64,000 nt of DNA from positions 3,123 through 67,122 of the forward strand of contig PNAA01000056.1 of the NCBI GenBank assembly GCA_003169975.1, given 5' to 3'. The notes under the pieces are model-generated. The model was not told the DNA's origin. It saw nothing but the letters and a program-made list of their open reading frames with translations, and searched no databases. Positions within the stretch are counted from its first letter, which is position 1; each line of letters starts with the position of its first letter. This document shows positions 60,686 to 64,000 of this stretch, in pieces. Source of the DNA: Spartobacteria bacterium (GTDB lineage Bacteria; Verrucomicrobiota; Verrucomicrobiia; Chthoniobacterales; UBA10450). The translations under genes and the position numbers were made by a program.

Positions 60686-62431
60686 ATGAATCTCTCGCCT
60701 AACGATCGCATCGCCGGCGTCCTCTCCCCGCTCTTCGCCCTTCGGACCGAGGACGACCTCGGCATCGGCGACGTCGCCGGCTTGCGGCAATTCATCGCCT
60801 GGGTCCGCACCATCGGTTTCAAACTGGTGCAACTCCTGCCGATCAACGAAACCGGAGGCGACCACAGCCCCTACAATGCGATCAGCTCGCGCGCGATCGA
60901 CCCGACCACGCTTCAGCTCACGCCGGGCGTGCCGGAAGATCTCTCGGCGCAGGCCTTCGCCGAGGTGACCGCGGGGATCGACCTCCCGGCCTTGCGTCGC
61001 GGCCGCGTGAAATACGGGATCGTCAAGCCGCTGAAGAAAAAACTGCTCGAGCGCGCCTTCGAGGCTTTTCGCGCAGGCGAGCGAACCGATGCGCCGGCGA
61101 AAGAGGCGTTTGCTTCCTTCTGCGAAGCGGAAAAATCCTGGCTCGCCGATTACACCCTCTTCCGGGTCCTGATGGAAATAAACGGCGACCGAGAAACCTG
61201 GGATGAGTGGCAGGCGGGACATTCCGAGATCGACGCCGCCCACCGCTGGCTCGACTCGTTAGGCGAAGAGGAGCGTGCGCTCTTTGCCCGGCGCCGGGAT
61301 TTTCACAACTACGTGCAATGGATCGCCCATCGACAGTGGCGCGAGGTGAAAAAATACGCGGAAGAGCAAGGGGTCGCGCTGATGGGCGACATTCCTTTTG
61401 GCATCAGCTACTACAGCGCCGACGTTTTCGCGCATCCCGATCGGTTCGCGCTCGATTGGTCCGGCGGCGCGCCGCCCGAACCTTATTTCAAGGACGATGC
61501 CTTCACCCAAAAGTGGGGCCAGAACTGGGGCATCCCGCTCTATCGCTGGGAGGTGATGCGAAGCCGTAATTTCGACTGGTGGCGGCAACGGGTGCACGGG
61601 GTGCGGGAAATTTTCCACCTCTTTCGCATCGATCACGTGCTCGGATTTTACCGCATCTATGCTTTCCCCTGGCGGCCTCGCTACAACCCGGAGTTTCTGC
61701 CTCTGGCTTGGGAGGAAATGCGCGCGCGCACCGGCGGGCGGGAACCGCATTTTGCGCCGCGCGATGATCGCAGCTGGGAAAATTGCGAAGCGAACAAGCG
61801 CGAGGGAGAAGATTACCTCCGCATCGTTCTCGAGGAATCAGGAGCGACCCGCGTCGTGGGGGAGGATCTCGGAACGGTGCCCGACTACGTGCGCCCGAGT
61901 TTACGTTCGTTAGGCATCGCCGGCTTTAAGATTCCGCAATGGGAAAATTATCCCGACCATCGCTCGATCCCGGGAAGCGCCTACGAACGCATTTCGGTCG
62001 CGACCTTTGCGACCCACGATCACAAGCCGCTGCGCGCACTCTGGGAGGAGGCTTTCGAGACACCCTCCGGCTCGGCCGAACAAGCGCGCCACGATCTCGC
62101 GAAGATCGCGGAGTTTGCCGGGCTCGCTTCCCCTCACGAAGGGATGGTTTACCCGCAGGATTTTTACCCGGCGATTTTCGAGGCGCTCTTTCGCAGCGAA
62201 TCCTGGATCGCGCTGGTCATGATCACGGATCTCCTTGGGCGGAAGGAGCGGTTCAATGTTCCCGGAACTGCGGCGAATACGAATTGGACGCGACGCCTCT
62301 ACACCACGGTTGGCAGATTAGGTGGCAGTCGCGCCCTCAAGCGGCAAATGCGTCTCGTGCGCGAGTTGCTGGAGAAGTCTGGACGCATCGTCATCCCGAG
62401 CGAAGCCGAGGGATCCCGTGAAGTCACCTGA
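60686..62431 (+). CDS. malQ: 4-alpha-glucanotransferase (amylomaltase, GH77)
   Basis: GVLSPLFALRTEDDLGIGD, SPYNAISS, LMGDIPFGI, FRIDHVLGF, VGEDLGTVP catalytic-region motifs. Confidence 0.9.
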   Translation: MNLSPNDRIAGVLSPLFALRTEDDLGIGDVAGLRQFIAWVRTIGFKLVQLLPINETGGDHSPYNAISSRAIDPTTLQLTPGVPEDLSAQAFAEVTAGIDLPALRRGRVKYGIVKPLKKKLLERAFEAFRAGERTDAPAKEAFASFCEAEKSWLADYTLFRVLMEINGDRETWDEWQAGHSEIDAAHRWLDSLGEEERALFARRRDFHNYVQWIAHRQWREVKKYAEEQGVALMGDIPFGISYYSADVFAHPDRFALDWSGGAPPEPYFKDDAFTQKWGQNWGIPLYRWEVMRSRNFDWWRQRVHGVREIFHLFRIDHVLGFYRIYAFPWRPRYNPEFLPLAWEEMRARTGGREPHFAPRDDRSWENCEANKREGEDYLRIVLEESGATRVVGEDLGTVPDYVRPSLRSLGIAGFKIPQWENYPDHRSIPGSAYERISVATFATHDHKPLRALWEEAFETPSGSAEQARHDLAKIAEFAGLASPHEGMVYPQDFYPAIFEALFRSESWIALVMITDLLGRKERFNVPGTAANTNWTRRLYTTVGRLGGSRALKRQMRLVRELLEKSGRIVIPSEAEGSREVT

Positions 62432-62497
62432 GATTTCCGCCGCGCGATCCCTCGGCTGCGCTCGGGATGACAGCGAGCCTATCCGCGCTTATCAAAT

Positions 62498-63484
62498 ATG
62501 ATGAATTCACCTATCAAAGTCGCCGTCACCGGCGCGGCTGGCCAAATCGGATACTCGCTTCTTTTTCGCATCGCTTCGGGTTCGATGTTCGGCCCGGACC
62601 AGCCGGTCTACCTCTCGCTGATTGAAATTCCGCCGGCGCTCGGCGCGCTCGAAGGCGTGGTGATGGAATTGCACGATTGCGCTTTCCCGCTTCTCAAAGG
62701 CATCACGAAGACTGCCGATCTCGAAGAAGGTTTTCGCGGCGTGAATTGGGCACTGCTCGTCGGCAGCATCCCGCGCAAAGCCGGGATGGAGCGCGGCGAT
62801 TTGCTCGGGATCAACGGCAAGATTTTCATCGGGCAGGGCAAAGCGATTGAGAAAAACGCGGCCGCCGATGCGCGCGTCCTGGTCGTCGGCAATCCCTGCA
62901 ATACGAATTGCCTGATCGCGATGAACAACGCGAAATCCATCCCGCGCGATCGCTGGTTCGCCATGACGCGGCTGGATGAAAATCGTGCCAAGGCACAGCT
63001 CGCGCAAAAGGCGGGAGTCGATGTCACCGTGGTCACGAACATGACCATCTGGGGCAACCATTCGGCGACGCAGTATCCCGATTTCTACAACGCGAAAATC
63101 AACGGCCAACCGGCAAACGAAGTGATCGCTGACGAAAGCTGGTTGAAGGAAACGTTTATCCCGGCCGTCCAGCAGCGCGGCGCGGCGATCATCAAAGCGC
63201 GCGGGCTCTCCTCCGCCGCCTCCGCGGCCAACGCGGTCGCCGACACGGTTCGCTCCCTAACGAGCGAAACTCGGGACGACGACTGGAACAGCGTGGCGGT
63301 CTGCTCCGATGGAAGCTACGGTGTGGAGGAAGGTCTGATCAGTTCTTTCCCGATTCGATCGCAGAGTGGCAAATGGCAGATCGTGCAAGACGTTCCATGG
63401 AACGATTTTAGCCGCGCGAAAATTGACGCTTCCGTCGCCGAGCTGAAGGAAGAGAAATCGCTCGTCAATGAACTGATCTCCTAG
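62498..63484 (+). CDS. mdh: malate dehydrogenase
   Basis: [42 protein letters not shown]: LDH-like MDH signatures. Confidence 0.95.
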   Translation: MMNSPIKVAVTGAAGQIGYSLLFRIASGSMFGPDQPVYLSLIEIPPALGALEGVVMELHDCAFPLLKGITKTADLEEGFRGVNWALLVGSIPRKAGMERGDLLGINGKIFIGQGKAIEKNAAADARVLVVGNPCNTNCLIAMNNAKSIPRDRWFAMTRLDENRAKAQLAQKAGVDVTVVTNMTIWGNHSATQYPDFYNAKINGQPANEVIADESWLKETFIPAVQQRGAAIIKARGLSSAASAANAVADTVRSLTSETRDDDWNSVAVCSDGSYGVEEGLISSFPIRSQSGKWQIVQDVPWNDFSRAKIDASVAELKEEKSLVNELIS

Positions 63485-63508
63485 GCTCGGAGGGAGTCGA
63501 TATCCGCG

Positions 63509-64000
63509 ATGCCGATGCGCTGGGCGATAATAACTGGCATGTACAATGTGGCCGATTTGGCCGCAGAATTCTGCAGTTATCATCTCGACCTCGGCGTGGA
63601 CAAAATAATTGTCGCTGAATACGGATCGGATGACGGGACGCTCGATCTCCTTCGTCCTTTCGTGCGGGAGGGCGTCGTCCAACTGGTGCCGATACCGACG
63701 CATCGTTTTGTCGATTATGATCCGTCGAATGCCCTCTTGGGGATGGTCCGGGCGGACGACGCCGCGGACTGGGTTTCATTCCTGGACACGGACGAGTTTT
63801 TGACCGGTCCGGCGGATCTTAAAGCGTCTCTCGCTCAAGAGTGGTCCCGAGGTGTCAAAGCGATCGCAGTGCCTCGCGCCAACCTGACCGGCATTGAAAC
63901 GATTCCGGACCAAGCGCATTACTTGAAGCACCTGACGCTAAAGATCGTCGCCACTGACGCACGAGTATCGAGCGCGTCAGCCCCACTTTCCTCACCTTGG
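63509..64000 (+). CDS. glycosyltransferase-like protein, N-terminal part (runs off the right edge)
   Basis: I translated it by hand: MPMRWAIITGMYNVADLAAEFCSYHLDLGVDKIIVAEYGSDDGTLDLL...WVSFLDTDEFL, open to position 64000. DGT and DxDEF motifs suggest a GT-A fold (GT2/GT92-like). Confidence 0.55.
   Translation, partial: MPMRWAIITGMYNVADLAAEFCSYHLDLGVDKIIVAEYGSDDGTLDLLRPFVREGVVQLVPIPTHRFVDYDPSNALLGMVRADDAADWVSFLDTDEFLTGPADLKASLAQEWSRGVKAIAVPRANLTGIETIPDQAHYLKHLTLKIVATDARVSSASAPLSSPW

Noticed and set aside
1-64000. CRISPR arrays, rRNA and tRNA genes.
   Set aside because: I found no regularly spaced direct repeats, no tRNA T-loop/acceptor signatures (GGTTCGAATCC-like) and no rRNA-like conserved stretches on either strand.

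Overview
High-GC (~60%) bacterial chromosomal window, densely coding. I saw no rRNA, tRNA or CRISPR. Gene families and G-depleted, Shine-Dalgarno-poor intercistronic spacers suggest a Verrucomicrobia/PVC-like soil bacterium, but this cannot be proven from the sequence alone. Layout: (1) 1-6.9 kb: truncated IS transposase 5' end, secreted ice-binding-like protein, quinone oxidoreductase, PepF, TPR protein, RumA-like methyltransferase. (2) 6.9-25.4 kb: a potassium-homeostasis block. It holds a sigma-54 activator, an orphan kdpA, a mosaic pseudogene, a histidine kinase, two REC-TPR regulators, a porin, two 27-aa peptides (one is KdpF), kdpABC, a kinase-less KdpD N-terminal/USP protein, IS and frameshift debris, and a probable c-di-AMP (ydaO-class) riboswitch in front of an APC-superfamily permease-USP fusion. 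(3) 26.1-26.8 kb: a patch of gene fragments. (4) 26.8-38.9 kb: twelve same-strand genes (His/Cys mini-protein, ArsP-like permease plus DUF1980 partner, amidase, three SPFH proteins, P1B ATPase, ZnuABC-like importer). (5) 39.9-47.1 kb: minus-strand copper cluster (TonB receptor, CopC, CopD, OM channel, Cys/His mini-proteins) plus a histidine kinase. (6) 47.9-64 kb: second permease-USP paralog, then housekeeping genes (serA, ferritin, glmS, glgC, UvrD-like helicase, malQ, mdh). Most notable findings: a hyper-abundant word GCCTAACG/CGTTAGGC, about one per kb inside genes, that is absent from the 19-kb potassium block; a 410-bp direct repeat bracketing the orphan kdpA with a microhomology junction; the riboswitch-permease pair; and two families of palindromic intergenic elements.
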